A DNA stretch of 64,000 bases, taken from the NCBI GenBank assembly GCA_964291235.2, contig OZ219815.1, forward strand, positions 128,001 through 192,000, written 5' to 3'. Numbering within the stretch: the first letter of the stretch is position 1; every line of letters starts with the position of its first letter. A program made the translations under genes and the position numbers. This document shows, piece after piece, positions 53,642-63,196 of this stretch. The notes beneath the pieces are model-generated. The model did no database searches. It was not told the DNA's origin and worked only from the letters and a program-made list of their open reading frames with translations. This stretch comes from Vicinamibacteria bacterium (GTDB lineage Bacteria; Acidobacteriota; Vicinamibacteria; Marinacidobacterales; Marinacidobacteraceae).

Positions 53642-56587
53642 GTGACTAAGATGTTCTTCCCACGACCGGGGATCCGGAGAACCACAGTTTTCCTGCTGGC
53701 GATTGCCGTTTCGGCTCCCGTGGCCGCCCAGGAGGCGGTGCGCGTCTGGGAGGGAGAACTGACCCTCCCGACCTACGCCCTGCTACCCGACGATCCGAAC
53801 CCGCAGTTCCGGGAGACCGACGGTTCCATCGTCTATCCGTACACGATGCAGGACAACCTCGGGACCGAGCGGGCGGAGCACACCTGGCGCGCCATCTTCA
53901 TCGAGAACGAATACCTCAAGGTGGCCTGCCTCCCCGAGATCGGAGGCCGCATCCAGTGGGTCCTCGACAAGCGCGAGAACGAACAGATGTTCTACAACAA
54001 CCGGGTCATCCGGCCCGGCCTGATCGCGCTGCGCGGGGCCTGGGTCTCGGGCGGGATCGAGTGGAACCGCGGCCCCCAGGGCCACACCGTCACCAGCTAT
54101 TCGCCGGTCAACGTCACCGGCGTCCAGAACGAGGACGGGTCGGCGACCCTGGTGATCGGGGAAATCGAGCAGACCTTCCGGACCGGCTGGGAAGTTCGCC
54201 TCACGCTCCGTCCCGGGGTGGCCCGGCTCGACCAGGAGATCTCGATCTTCAACCCTACCGACCTCCCCCACCCGTACTACTTCTGGAACAACACCGCCTT
54301 CCCCCAGCGGGACGGCACCCGTTTCATCTACCCCATGTCGCTCGCCTCCGACCACTTCGGGACCACCTTCTACCGCTTCCCGGAGGATGACGGGGTAGAC
54401 ATGACCCGCCTTCCCAACTACCCCGAACCGACGTCCATCTTCGCCTACCGGGCGGTTCACGACTTCTTCGGGGCCTACGACTCGGGGGACGACCGCGGAA
54501 TCGTCCAGACCGCCGACCACCGGGAGCTTCCCGGCAAGAAAGGCTGGACCTGGGGACAGGGGGACGACGGGATGATGAACCAGCGCGCCCTCACCGACGA
54601 GGACGGTCCCTACATCGAGGTGCAGAGCGGGCCGCTGCCCACCCAGTCGGACTACGCCTGGGTGTATCCGAGCCAGGAGGTCGCCTGGCGCGAGCAGTGG
54701 ACCCCGGTCTTCGGGCTCGGCGAGGGCTTCGAGTTCGCGACTCCCGATGTGGTGGTCGAACGGGTGAACGACGACCGCGGAACCCGGTTCCTGCTCCTGG
54801 CCACCCGGGGGTTGCCCGGGGCGACCGTGCGGCTGAGCGGCGGCGGGACGACGCACTCCGAAACGCTGGACCTGACCCCGGAGGCGGTCGCGACGGTGGA
54901 ATGGCCCGGCAGCGGGGGCGGCTCGATCGAGGTCACGGTGACCGCCGGCGAGCGAAGCGTGCTCTCCTACCGTTCGCCGCTGGAAATCCCGGTCGAGACT
55001 CCTCCGCAGCTCGCCGAAGCCGTGGAACCCGCAAACGCCGAGGAGGCGTTTCAGGCGGCGGAGCGGGCCGACAAGGATCTCAACCGGGCGGAGGCGCGCC
55101 GCCTCTACGAGCGCGCCCTCGCGTTCGCCCCCGAACACGCGGATGCCGGGGTCGGACTGGCCGTGATGGACCTGAAGGCGGGGCTCTACGAGAGCGCGTC
55201 CGATCGACTCGCGACCGTCACCGCCGCGGATCCCGAACACGGTTTCGCACGCTTCCTCCAGGCGGTGGCCCGCTACCGGCTCGGCGATGCGGAAGGCGCC
55301 CTCGATTCGGCCTACCTGGCCACCAAGCTCTCCGGAGCGGAGGGCCCGGCCTGGCGGCTGATCGGGCGTATCAAGGCCCGGCAGGGAGACGGCCGAGAGG
55401 CCGCCGCGGCCCTCCGCGGGTCCGCCCCCGAACTGCTGCCACTGGCCCTCCTCCGCGCCGGGGCCACCGAGCGAGCAGCGGAACTGGCCGACCGCGCGAT
55501 CGAGCGGGGCACCGTGGAACTCATTCCCTGGGCGGTCCGGCTCCACGTCGCGGACGGAGCGGGACGGGTCGAAGCGGCGGGGGCGATGGCGGCCCTCGCG
55601 GGCGAGCCCGAGTTCGCCTTCACCGAGCTGCTGCTGACGCTGGCGGAATTCGGACTCTCCGACGTGGCCCTCGAGGTGCTCGAAGGGCTGCGGAAGGACG
55701 CCGGGTTCGATCCCGGACCGGTCCTCCTCTTCCACGCGGCCACCTGGGCCGACGGCGAGCCGGCGGAGCTCTACCGCGAGCAGGCGCTTGCCGCCCGGCT
55801 CGACTACGCGTTCCCTTCGCGGCCCGAGTCACTGCCGGTGCTGCGGTCCGCGGCGGAGCACCTTCCGGCGTCGGCCACCCCCCGGCTACTGCTCGGCCAC
55901 CTGCTCGCCGGTCTCGGACGCTATGAGGATGCGACCGCGGCCTGGGAGACCGCAACCGCACTGGATCCCAAGCTCTCGACCGCCCACCGCGCACTCGGCA
56001 TGGTCCACTGGAAGCTCGGAGGACGGGCGGCCGACGCCGAGAGCCGCTTCCGCCAGGCGATCGCAGCCCGGCCCGCCGACCAGACCCTCTACCGCGATCT
56101 CGCCCGGCTGCTGCTCGACGAAGGACGGCCCGCGGACGCCGTGGACGCCCTCGGGATGATTCCCACGGGCGCCCGTCGGCGTCATGACGTCACCATCGAA
56201 ACTGCCCGGGCGCTCAACGCCACCGGACGGTTCTCCGAGACGGTCGCGATGCTGGCGGCGACGAGGATCAACTTCCGGGAGGGGGACGCCACGGTCTGGC
56301 AGTTGTTCTCGCGTGCCGAGATCGAACTTGGCCGGCGGACACTCGCGGCGGGAGACGCGGAAACCGCGCTCGGCCACTTCGACCGGGCGCTCACCTATCC
56401 CGAAAACCTCGGTGTCGGGCGTCCGCACCGCGCCCAGGAGGCGCGGGCGCTCTGGTTCCGCGCCGAGGCGTTGACCGCCCTCGACCGGTTCGACGAGGCC
56501 GCCGTCGCCCTCACCCGCTGCGCGGAGAACGCGCCGCTGAGCACCGAGCAGGATCACTTCATCGCCCGCTGCGCGGCAGCCCGGTAA
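53642..56587 (+). CDS. DUF5107 domain + TPR-repeat protein
   Basis: YPY, IENEYLKV..LPEIGGRI, FYNN.VI.PGLIALRGAW.SGGIEWN, PGKK.WTWG, LTDEDGPYIEVQSG; helical repeats; YPENLG.G. Confidence 0.85.
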   Translation: MTKMFFPRPGIRRTTVFLLAIAVSAPVAAQEAVRVWEGELTLPTYALLPDDPNPQFRETDGSIVYPYTMQDNLGTERAEHTWRAIFIENEYLKVACLPEIGGRIQWVLDKRENEQMFYNNRVIRPGLIALRGAWVSGGIEWNRGPQGHTVTSYSPVNVTGVQNEDGSATLVIGEIEQTFRTGWEVRLTLRPGVARLDQEISIFNPTDLPHPYYFWNNTAFPQRDGTRFIYPMSLASDHFGTTFYRFPEDDGVDMTRLPNYPEPTSIFAYRAVHDFFGAYDSGDDRGIVQTADHRELPGKKGWTWGQGDDGMMNQRALTDEDGPYIEVQSGPLPTQSDYAWVYPSQEVAWREQWTPVFGLGEGFEFATPDVVVERVNDDRGTRFLLLATRGLPGATVRLSGGGTTHSETLDLTPEAVATVEWPGSGGGSIEVTVTAGERSVLSYRSPLEIPVETPPQLAEAVEPANAEEAFQAAERADKDLNRAEARRLYERALAFAPEHADAGVGLAVMDLKAGLYESASDRLATVTAADPEHGFARFLQAVARYRLGDAEGALDSAYLATKLSGAEGPAWRLIGRIKARQGDGREAAAALRGSAPELLPLALLRAGATERAAELADRAIERGTVELIPWAVRLHVADGAGRVEAAGAMAALAGEPEFAFTELLLTLAEFGLSDVALEVLEGLRKDAGFDPGPVLLFHAATWADGEPAELYREQALAARLDYAFPSRPESLPVLRSAAEHLPASATPRLLLGHLLAGLGRYEDATAAWETATALDPKLSTAHRALGMVHWKLGGRAADAESRFRQAIAARPADQTLYRDLARLLLDEGRPADAVDALGMIPTGARRRHDVTIETARALNATGRFSETVAMLAATRINFREGDATVWQLFSRAEIELGRRTLAAGDAETALGHFDRALTYPENLGVGRPHRAQEARALWFRAEALTALDRFDEAAVALTRCAENAPLSTEQDHFIARCAAAR

Positions 56588-56648
56588 AGCCAGGTTCGGC
56601 ATCCGGCTTGCTCGCCGTGTCTCACGGTTTCCGAGGACATTCCAGCCG

Positions 56649-57779
56649 ATGATCGCGAGCGACTCGCACCCGCAACGGTCCTCAACCCGGCGACGCTTCA
56701 GCTCCGGCCGCAGGAGGAGGTTCACTACCCTGGCGCTCGCGATGCTGATCGCGCCGTGGGGCGACGCCCACGGCTACCGTTTCTTCCGGCCGACCGTGGA
56801 CCATCCGATCATTCCGGTAGCGGCGGACGGTGTCCGCTGGAGTGCCGAAGTCTGGGGCCCCTTCCAGACCCTTGCCTGGGTCGTTTCCGATTCCCCGGGG
56901 TGGACCGAACCGTGGGTGGATCCGGATGAGGAGACCCAGGATCCGCCCTTCGCGAGCCGGGAAGAGGCGGTTCCCTACATCGAAGCGGCGCTCGACGCCT
57001 GGTCGGACATTCCCACCGCCGCCATCCGATGGAGGGTGGCCGGCTTGGGTCCCGAGCTGCATCGGGAGCGCGAGCGCATCAATGCGGTGCGGGTCCACAA
57101 CCGGGACAGTTCCGCCTCCTACGCGGCGTTATTCATCCGGGGCGGCGAGCTGGTCGAGTGCGACGTCAACCTGTCACCCCGGCACGTCGCCCACTTCGAT
57201 TCCTGGGGAATGAACGTCCTGATCCATGAATTCGGACACTGCTTGGGTCTCGGCCATTCCGGAATGTTCCCCACCTGGGACAGCAGTTGGCGGCGCCGCA
57301 ACTTCGAGTCGGCGGTCTGGCGACAGGATCCCAAGATGTCCTACGGGGGGGATCGCGACCACGAACTCACCGACGACGACGCCGTCGCCGCGTCGCTGTT
57401 GCGGCCGGCCGCCGGGTTCATCGAGGGGACCGGGAGCATCGGGGGACGGGTGATGCTCGACGGCGAGCCGGCGCGATTCGCGCGGGTGGTCGCCACCCGG
57501 ATTTCCGCGGACGGCCTGGGCTTCACGGTGAACGCCTTTACCGATCGCGAGGGAGAGTTCCTGATCGAAGGACTGCGGCCCGGAGACTACCTGCTCGCCG
57601 CCGGCACCATGGTCCTGGGGAGCGCCCATGGCTCGCTCCTCGATGCCGGCGCCGCGACCCGGGCCGATGACCAGTACTTTCTCCGCCCGCTGGCCGTCAC
57701 CAGCGGGGGCGTGACGCGGGCGCCACCGGTTTCCCTGCGCGGCGGCCGGGCGGTTTCGCTTCTGGAGGAACCGCGTTGA
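56649..57779 (+). CDS. Secreted matrixin-like (metzincin) zinc metalloprotease with carboxypeptidase-regulatory-like C-terminal domain
   Basis: AALDAW, HEFGHCLGLGHS, Met-turn KMSY, LTDDD, GSIGGRV, TD.EG.F.IEGL.PGDY. Start uncertain. Confidence 0.82.
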   Translation: MIASDSHPQRSSTRRRFSSGRRRRFTTLALAMLIAPWGDAHGYRFFRPTVDHPIIPVAADGVRWSAEVWGPFQTLAWVVSDSPGWTEPWVDPDEETQDPPFASREEAVPYIEAALDAWSDIPTAAIRWRVAGLGPELHRERERINAVRVHNRDSSASYAALFIRGGELVECDVNLSPRHVAHFDSWGMNVLIHEFGHCLGLGHSGMFPTWDSSWRRRNFESAVWRQDPKMSYGGDRDHELTDDDAVAASLLRPAAGFIEGTGSIGGRVMLDGEPARFARVVATRISADGLGFTVNAFTDREGEFLIEGLRPGDYLLAAGTMVLGSAHGSLLDAGAATRADDQYFLRPLAVTSGGVTRAPPVSLRGGRAVSLLEEPR

Positions 57780-58612
57780 GGCGCACGCTCGGAGCTGCCG
57801 CCCTCGCCATCATCCTTGCGGGTTGCGACGAAGGCCCGACCCGCACGCCTACGGCGCCACCGCCGGCACCCCCGCCTCCTCCTCCCTTCAGCGCTTCCTT
57901 CACCGCAGGCGCACTTGAAGTTCGGGAAGGAGAAACCCTGACGGTCGCAATCGAGTACCGCGTGCGCGAACTGACCTCCTCGACGGCCCTCGGAATCAGC
58001 ACCCGTCCGGATAGCGCGTCCCCGGAGGACTTTGCGTTCGACGCGGCGACAGTCGTGATTCCGGCGGGAGAGGACATCTCCGGAGTGGCTTCCGTTGAGA
58101 TCAGGGCGCTCACCGATTCCCTCTTCGCTGAAGGGGAGGAAGTTCTCGCCCTCGCTTTCGCACCCACCGGCGCCGCGTCGAGCGCCACTCTCGGCGACCC
58201 GGTCGCGGTCACGATCGTCGAGGCGGGGGCGTCACCCTGTCCCGGAGTCACGATCCGGGCCGAACCCTGGCGGCAGGAGGAATGGCGCGAGTCCCGGGAT
58301 TCGACCATGCTGGCCTCGACCCTCGGAATCGATCTGGCCGCCGGGGCGCTGGATACCCGCTTCGAGCTGATCGGCCCCTACCACGACCTCTACGAGGGCG
58401 GGAGCACCCCACGGTCCATCCCCACGTTCGGCATCGGCGCCTGGCAGGTTCACGCCATGACCGCCGGCATCCGTCACGAACTGCAGATCAACTGGCCGGG
58501 GGAGTCCTGGTTCGAGGAGGAGACCTCCCTCCAGTTCCGTTTCCTGGGGCCGGCCTGTTCCGGCGAACCCATCGCCTCCTGTTCCAGCGAGTCCTGCGAA
58601 GTCCTCCCCTGA
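57776..58612 (+). CDS. Hypothetical lipoprotein with Pro-rich linker and Calx-beta-like domain
   Basis: LAGC lipobox; APPPAPPPPPP; V.EG, A...DF, IPAGE, D.L.EGEE; start overlaps the upstream stop. Confidence 0.65.
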   Translation: MRRTLGAAALAIILAGCDEGPTRTPTAPPPAPPPPPPFSASFTAGALEVREGETLTVAIEYRVRELTSSTALGISTRPDSASPEDFAFDAATVVIPAGEDISGVASVEIRALTDSLFAEGEEVLALAFAPTGAASSATLGDPVAVTIVEAGASPCPGVTIRAEPWRQEEWRESRDSTMLASTLGIDLAAGALDTRFELIGPYHDLYEGGSTPRSIPTFGIGAWQVHAMTAGIRHELQINWPGESWFEEETSLQFRFLGPACSGEPIASCSSESCEVLP

Positions 58613-58706
58613 CACCTTCCTGACGAGCCCCGGTTTGGGACACCCCGAACCGGGACTCCCCGGGGAACGGTCCGGGGAAGCAGTTCCGGCGATATGCTCC
58701 GAACCC

Positions 58707-59276
58707 GTGATTTCCGGGCGCCGCGTGTTCCTCGTCCTGGCGACTGGGGCGGCGTTTCTCACCGCCGCTCCGGCGCCAGCCACCTCCGCGGAAGCTCCCC
58801 AGGAAACCGGCAGTGAAGTCACGGGCCAAGGTGTTGCGGAGAGGTGGTTTCGCCTGCTGAACGACCTCGACGGCAGCGCAGCGAGCCGGGCGGCGTTCCT
58901 CGCCCTCTACGCCGAGGACGCACTCCACATCCAGGGCCCGACCGGCGACTATCAGCGAGGAGAGGCGACCTACTGGGGGCGCGAGAAGGTCGGGCTGCTC
59001 GTGGACCGACTGCTTGCCGAGTGGAAGGACCACTCCATTCGCCCGCAGGTGGCCACCGCCGGCGAGATTTCGGAGACCGTGTGGGCCGCAGCGGAAGGCC
59101 CCTGGGGCGGGGCGCTGATTGCCGCCCAGTTCACGATCGCCGGCACCCGCCTGGAGGACGAAACCCGCTGGCACATCCCGGGAGCCGCGTTCTTCCGGGT
59201 GCGGGGCGAGGAACTCGTTCGCGTCCGGATCTACCTCGGCCTCGGGGAAGCCGCCGAGGTCGAAATCCAGCGGTGA
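58707..59276 (+). CDS. NTF2/SnoaL-like protein with probable Tat signal
   Basis: GTG 58707 gives MISGRRVFLVLATGAAFL (RRxFL); FLALYAEDA, GRE.V, GAAFFRVRG..L.RVR.Y. Confidence 0.7.
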   Translation: MISGRRVFLVLATGAAFLTAAPAPATSAEAPQETGSEVTGQGVAERWFRLLNDLDGSAASRAAFLALYAEDALHIQGPTGDYQRGEATYWGREKVGLLVDRLLAEWKDHSIRPQVATAGEISETVWAAAEGPWGGALIAAQFTIAGTRLEDETRWHIPGAAFFRVRGEELVRVRIYLGLGEAAEVEIQR

Positions 59277-60943
59277 GCAGAACGCCGGCAGCCGGCCGGA
59301 CCGTGTGGCGGCTGGCCGGCCTGGCAGGTGGGATGGTCGCCGCCTCGGCCGCCTGTACCGCTCCGGAACCGGTGGATCTGCTGCTGCACTCCGGTACCGT
59401 GCTGGTGCTTGACGAAGCGGGGACGACCGGGACCGCCATCGCGATTCAGGGCGGCAGGGTGCTGGCGGTGGGCGGCAGCGAACTCCTCGACCGCTACGCC
59501 GCCGAGCGCAAGATGGACCTCGCCGGACGCACCGCGATGCCCGGGTTCAACGACGCGCACATCCACATCCGCGGCCGGGCGCGCCGGCACATTCCGCTGG
59601 CCGGGATCTCCTCCATCGAGGAACTCCAGGACCTGGTGGCGGCCAAGGCCGACGAACTCGGCACGGGGGAATGGATCACCGGTTACGGGTGGTCCGAGGA
59701 CGAGGTCCGGGAGCAGCGGCGGCCGCTCAGGGCCGACCTCGACGCCGCTGCTCCCGAGAACCCGGTCATCCTCACCCGGGCCGGTGGCCACAGCGCGGTG
59801 GCCTCAAGCCTCGCGCTATCGCTCGCCGGGGTGGACCGGAACACGCCGCAACCGGATGGCGGAGTGATCGAGAGCGGCCCGGACGGCGCCTTGAACGGGG
59901 TGATCCGGGAGCGGCAGGACCTCGTCTCGCGCCTCGTGCCCGACGCCACCCCGGAGGAACTCCGCGAGAGCTTCATCGCCGCGCTCCGCGACCTGCTGGG
60001 TCTCGGGATTACGAGCATCGTCCACGCCGGCGTGGCGCCTTCGCGTTTTGGGGAGTGGGAATCCGTCTATGCCGAGTTCGGGGACGAACTGCCCCGCGCC
60101 GCCGTCCAGGTGCGTTGGGCGGGTACCGAGGCCATGGAGGCGTTCGGCCGGTTGAGCGGCGAGGGCGACGAGCGTCTCCGGGTGGGACCGCTCAAGGTGT
60201 TCGTGGATGGTGGTTTCACCGGTCCGGCGGCCTACACCAAGGAGCCCTACCGGGGCGAGGAGTCCTACCGCGGCAGCCTGGTCCGTCCCGAAGAGGAATT
60301 TCGGGCCATCGTCCGCGAGGCGCACGCGATGGGGTGGCAGTTCGCCTTCCATGCGATCGGGGACGCCGCGATCGAACTCACGGTGGACGCTTTCGCCGAC
60401 GCCCTCGCCGACGAGCCGCGGCCGGACCACCGGCATGCATTGAACCACTTCACGGTGCCGCCTTCGGACGAGACGATGGACCGGATGGCGGAACTCGGGA
60501 TCCTCATCATCCAGCAGCCCAACTTCACCTATACGCTCGAAGGCCGTTACCGGGAGTACCTGGACGGGTATCGCCTCGAGCGGAACAACCCGGTCGGCTC
60601 GCCGATGGAGCGGGGGGTGTTCGTCGCGCTCTCGAGCGACATCCTGCCCATCGGGCCAATGGTGGGGCTCTATGCCGCAACCACCCGGAAGGGGATGTCC
60701 GGAGAGATCTACGGCGGACCCCAGGAAGCGATCTCCATCGAGGAGGCCCTCATCGGCTACACCCGGAACGGGGCCTTCGTGACTCGCGAAGAGGGAATCA
60801 AGGGGACCCTGGCGCCGGGGATGCTCGCCGACGTCGTGGTGCTCTCGGCGGATCCGCGGACGGTCGAGCCCGAGGGGCTCCTGGACGTCAAGGTGGAGAT
60901 GACGATCGTGGGGGGCCGGGTTCTCTACGAAAAACCCTCCTGA
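59273..60943 (+). CDS. Amidohydrolase family 3 (YtcJ-like)
   Basis: GTG 59273 overlaps the upstream TGA; PGFNDAHIH, WITGYGW, GHS.VA.S.AL, K.FVDG, HAIGD.A, SSD, YTRNGA, KGTLAPGMLADVVVLS. Confidence 0.92.
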   Translation: MSRTPAAGRTVWRLAGLAGGMVAASAACTAPEPVDLLLHSGTVLVLDEAGTTGTAIAIQGGRVLAVGGSELLDRYAAERKMDLAGRTAMPGFNDAHIHIRGRARRHIPLAGISSIEELQDLVAAKADELGTGEWITGYGWSEDEVREQRRPLRADLDAAAPENPVILTRAGGHSAVASSLALSLAGVDRNTPQPDGGVIESGPDGALNGVIRERQDLVSRLVPDATPEELRESFIAALRDLLGLGITSIVHAGVAPSRFGEWESVYAEFGDELPRAAVQVRWAGTEAMEAFGRLSGEGDERLRVGPLKVFVDGGFTGPAAYTKEPYRGEESYRGSLVRPEEEFRAIVREAHAMGWQFAFHAIGDAAIELTVDAFADALADEPRPDHRHALNHFTVPPSDETMDRMAELGILIIQQPNFTYTLEGRYREYLDGYRLERNNPVGSPMERGVFVALSSDILPIGPMVGLYAATTRKGMSGEIYGGPQEAISIEEALIGYTRNGAFVTREEGIKGTLAPGMLADVVVLSADPRTVEPEGLLDVKVEMTIVGGRVLYEKPS

Positions 60944-60989
60944 GGAACCCCGTTTCCGGAGCTGAGGCACGGGTGTTACCTTCCGGACC

Positions 60990-61967
60990 ATGCACCGTCT
61001 CCTCCCTGCCCTGATCCTCGCCGCCGCCTGTTCGGCGCCCCCCGAAACGCCGGAAACGCCAGCCGAATCCACGGTCGATTCGACGGATTCGCTGCCGCCG
61101 ATCCTCGCCCAGAACGCTTTCCTCTACTACTCCAACCTCGCCGAGGCGGAGGCGTTCTACCGGGACACTCTCGGGCTGCCACTTGCCGCGGACTTCGGGT
61201 TCGCCAAGATGTTCCAGGTCGCGGAGTCGGCGTATCTCACGCTGGTGGACGAGGCGGAGGGCATGCACAGCGCCGACGAACCGAAGACGGTGGCCTTCGC
61301 GTTGATTACCGATCACCTCGCCGCCTGGCAGGAGCGGCTCGACGAAGCGGGCGCCAACTTCCGGAGCCGTTTCGATCCGGAGGCCGCGGATCCGGAGGCC
61401 CCCCACCACGGCTTCACGGTCTTCGACCCGGGTGGCTACATCCTGGAGTTCGAGCGGTTTCTGCCCCACCCCGAGAACGTGGACCTGATGCCGATCCTGG
61501 ACACCACCGAACCGCTCGGCGGGGACGACGCGGCGGCGGGGCCGGGGATGGGGTTCGAGGCCATGATCGTCTGGCTCTACTACCCGAACATCCCGGAGAT
61601 GCTCGACTGGTACCAGACGACCTTCGGCTTCCCCGAGAGCCTGGACCAGGGCTGGGTAAAGGGGCTGCGCACCTCCTACGCCGGATTCATCGCGCTCGTG
61701 GACTCCACCCGCGGCATGCACTCCTTCACCGAGGACAAGGCGGTCACGGTGAGCTTCTTCGTGGACGACGTGCAACCCTGGTACGACCACCTCGAGGCAT
61801 CCGAGGGGTACCGCTCCCGTACCGGAATCACCAGCGAGAGCGACCGGGTGACGGTCTTCGTGGGCTACGACCCGGGGAACTACTTCCTCGAGTTCGACAC
61901 CTTCGTGGACGCACCGGGGAACGAGGAACTGCGGGCGCAACTCAAGGCGGTAAGGATCGCGGAGTAG
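60990..61967 (+). CDS. VOC/glyoxalase-family lipoprotein with two tandem VOC modules
   Basis: AAAC lipobox; repeated FLYY/WLYY, FYRDTLG/WYQTTFG, LVD..GMHS, DPGGY.LEF/DPGNYFLEF. Confidence 0.8.
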   Translation: MHRLLPALILAAACSAPPETPETPAESTVDSTDSLPPILAQNAFLYYSNLAEAEAFYRDTLGLPLAADFGFAKMFQVAESAYLTLVDEAEGMHSADEPKTVAFALITDHLAAWQERLDEAGANFRSRFDPEAADPEAPHHGFTVFDPGGYILEFERFLPHPENVDLMPILDTTEPLGGDDAAAGPGMGFEAMIVWLYYPNIPEMLDWYQTTFGFPESLDQGWVKGLRTSYAGFIALVDSTRGMHSFTEDKAVTVSFFVDDVQPWYDHLEASEGYRSRTGITSESDRVTVFVGYDPGNYFLEFDTFVDAPGNEELRAQLKAVRIAE

Positions 61968-62007
61968 GGAGCCTGAGGCGTCTTCGCCGGCCAGAACCGG
62001 GAAACGT

Positions 62008-62352
62008 TCAGGAAGGCGCGGTCCCCGAGCTCGGGGACACCATGGCTTCGGCCACCCAGTCGAGGTAGCCGGGCGAGCCGACGCCGACCTCGAAGGCGAG
62101 GAATTCGGGGGTGTCGTACGGGTGGAGTTCAAGCACCCGCCCCTTCAGCGGTCCGACACCCGCCGCGGTCGTCTTCATCAGGAGGAGCACTTCCTCATCG
62201 CGCTGCACCTCGCCCTCCCACCGGTAGATCGATGCCACCGCGCCGATCACGTTAACGCAGGCAGCGAGCCGCTCCTCCACCAGGACTGCCGCGAGCCGTT
62301 CGCCCTCGTCGCGGGAGGCGAGCGTGGTCAGCGCGATCCAGCAGTCGGCCAT
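62008..62352 (-). CDS. cutA: Divalent-cation tolerance protein CutA
   Basis: LVEERLAACVN, SIYRWEG, E..LLMKT, HPYDTPE, YLDWV. Confidence 0.93.
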   Translation of the reverse strand: MADCWIALTTLASRDEGERLAAVLVEERLAACVNVIGAVASIYRWEGEVQRDEEVLLLMKTTAAGVGPLKGRVLELHPYDTPEFLAFEVGVGSPGYLDWVAEAMVSPSSGTAPS

Positions 62353-62372
62353 CGCCGGCGCCGCCGGCCGGC

Positions 62373-62996
62373 TCAGGCGGCCGCCAGCTCGGCGGCCTGG
62401 GCTTCGCCGGCGAGTTCGCCCGCCACCACGAAGGTTCGCCGGGCAGCGTGAACCGCCGCTTCCGGATCGCCGAGGGTCGCGCCCGTCCGGTCGATGGCGC
62501 TCCGGAAATCCTTCCAGCGGGCCCGCTGGTGGTCTCCGTAGGGGTCGAAGTAGCGAAGACTCTCCGCCAACTCCGGGCGCTGTTCCTCCACCGCGCGCCG
62601 GATGAAGCGGTTGCCGTTCATGGAGCCCTCGATCACGTAGAAGGCGCCGAGGGCCGCTTGTGGACTCCAGGACTCGCCGCCCAGCGCGTCCTGAAACTGA
62701 ACGACCGCGGGAGACGCCGCGGACCGCCGCGGGCCGGCATCCAGACTCTCCAGATCCAGCACCAGCCGATCGGCGTGCCCCTTCATCGCGCTGGCAAAGG
62801 CGCTCCAGTCGGGTCCCTGCGCAAGGAGCCGCGAGTAGATGATCCGGACCAGGTCGAGAAGTCCCGACTGATGCGTAACGAGCGCGGCGCGGGAAACCTC
62901 GCCCCGAACCAGAGCTCGCAGGAACACGTGGTTCTCGGCGTCCGCGTGCTGTTCGGCGGTAGCCGCCTTCAGGCGATCGGCGAGTCCGCCGGACAT
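62373..62996 (-). CDS. Biliverdin-producing heme oxygenase-like protein
   Basis: LKAATAEQHADAE (proximal His), LDL, YVIEGSMNG, YF..YG, W..F, A..TF. Confidence 0.82.
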   Translation of the reverse strand: MSGGLADRLKAATAEQHADAENHVFLRALVRGEVSRAALVTHQSGLLDLVRIIYSRLLAQGPDWSAFASAMKGHADRLVLDLESLDAGPRRSAASPAVVQFQDALGGESWSPQAALGAFYVIEGSMNGNRFIRRAVEEQRPELAESLRYFDPYGDHQRARWKDFRSAIDRTGATLGDPEAAVHAARRTFVVAGELAGEAQAAELAAA

Positions 62997-63001
62997 GACG
63001 G

Positions 63002-63160
63002 TTACCGGATTACCGCCCAGGCGGCGGCGGCCGCCACTCCGAGCCAGATCAGCCCCTTGATCAGGAAGAACAGGAAAGCTGCGCCGGCCAACCGCTTCAC
63101 GAGACGGCTGTTCGCGCCGGGAAATCGTTGCCAGAAGTTCGTCGCGGATTCCGTAGTCAC
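63002..63160 (-). CDS. Small single-pass membrane protein (52 aa), not in the ORF track
   Basis: Hand translation from GTG 63160 to TAA 63002: MTTESATNFWQRFPGANSRLVKRLAGAAFLFFLIKGLIWLGVAAAAAWAVIR; ends 5 nt before the heme oxygenase ATG. Confidence 0.65.
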   Translation of the reverse strand: MTTESATNFWQRFPGANSRLVKRLAGAAFLFFLIKGLIWLGVAAAAAWAVIR

Positions 63161-63196
63161 GCCGACAGGATAGAAACGAATGCCCTACCGGTCAAG

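Noticed and set aside
590-61072. Many long antisense or alternate-frame ORFs (e.g. 590..2227, 4523..6406, 18813..20711, 29556..31337, 40119..41933, 53783..55735)
   Set aside because: Each overlaps a well-supported gene and lacks recognisable motifs; typical high-GC shadow ORFs.
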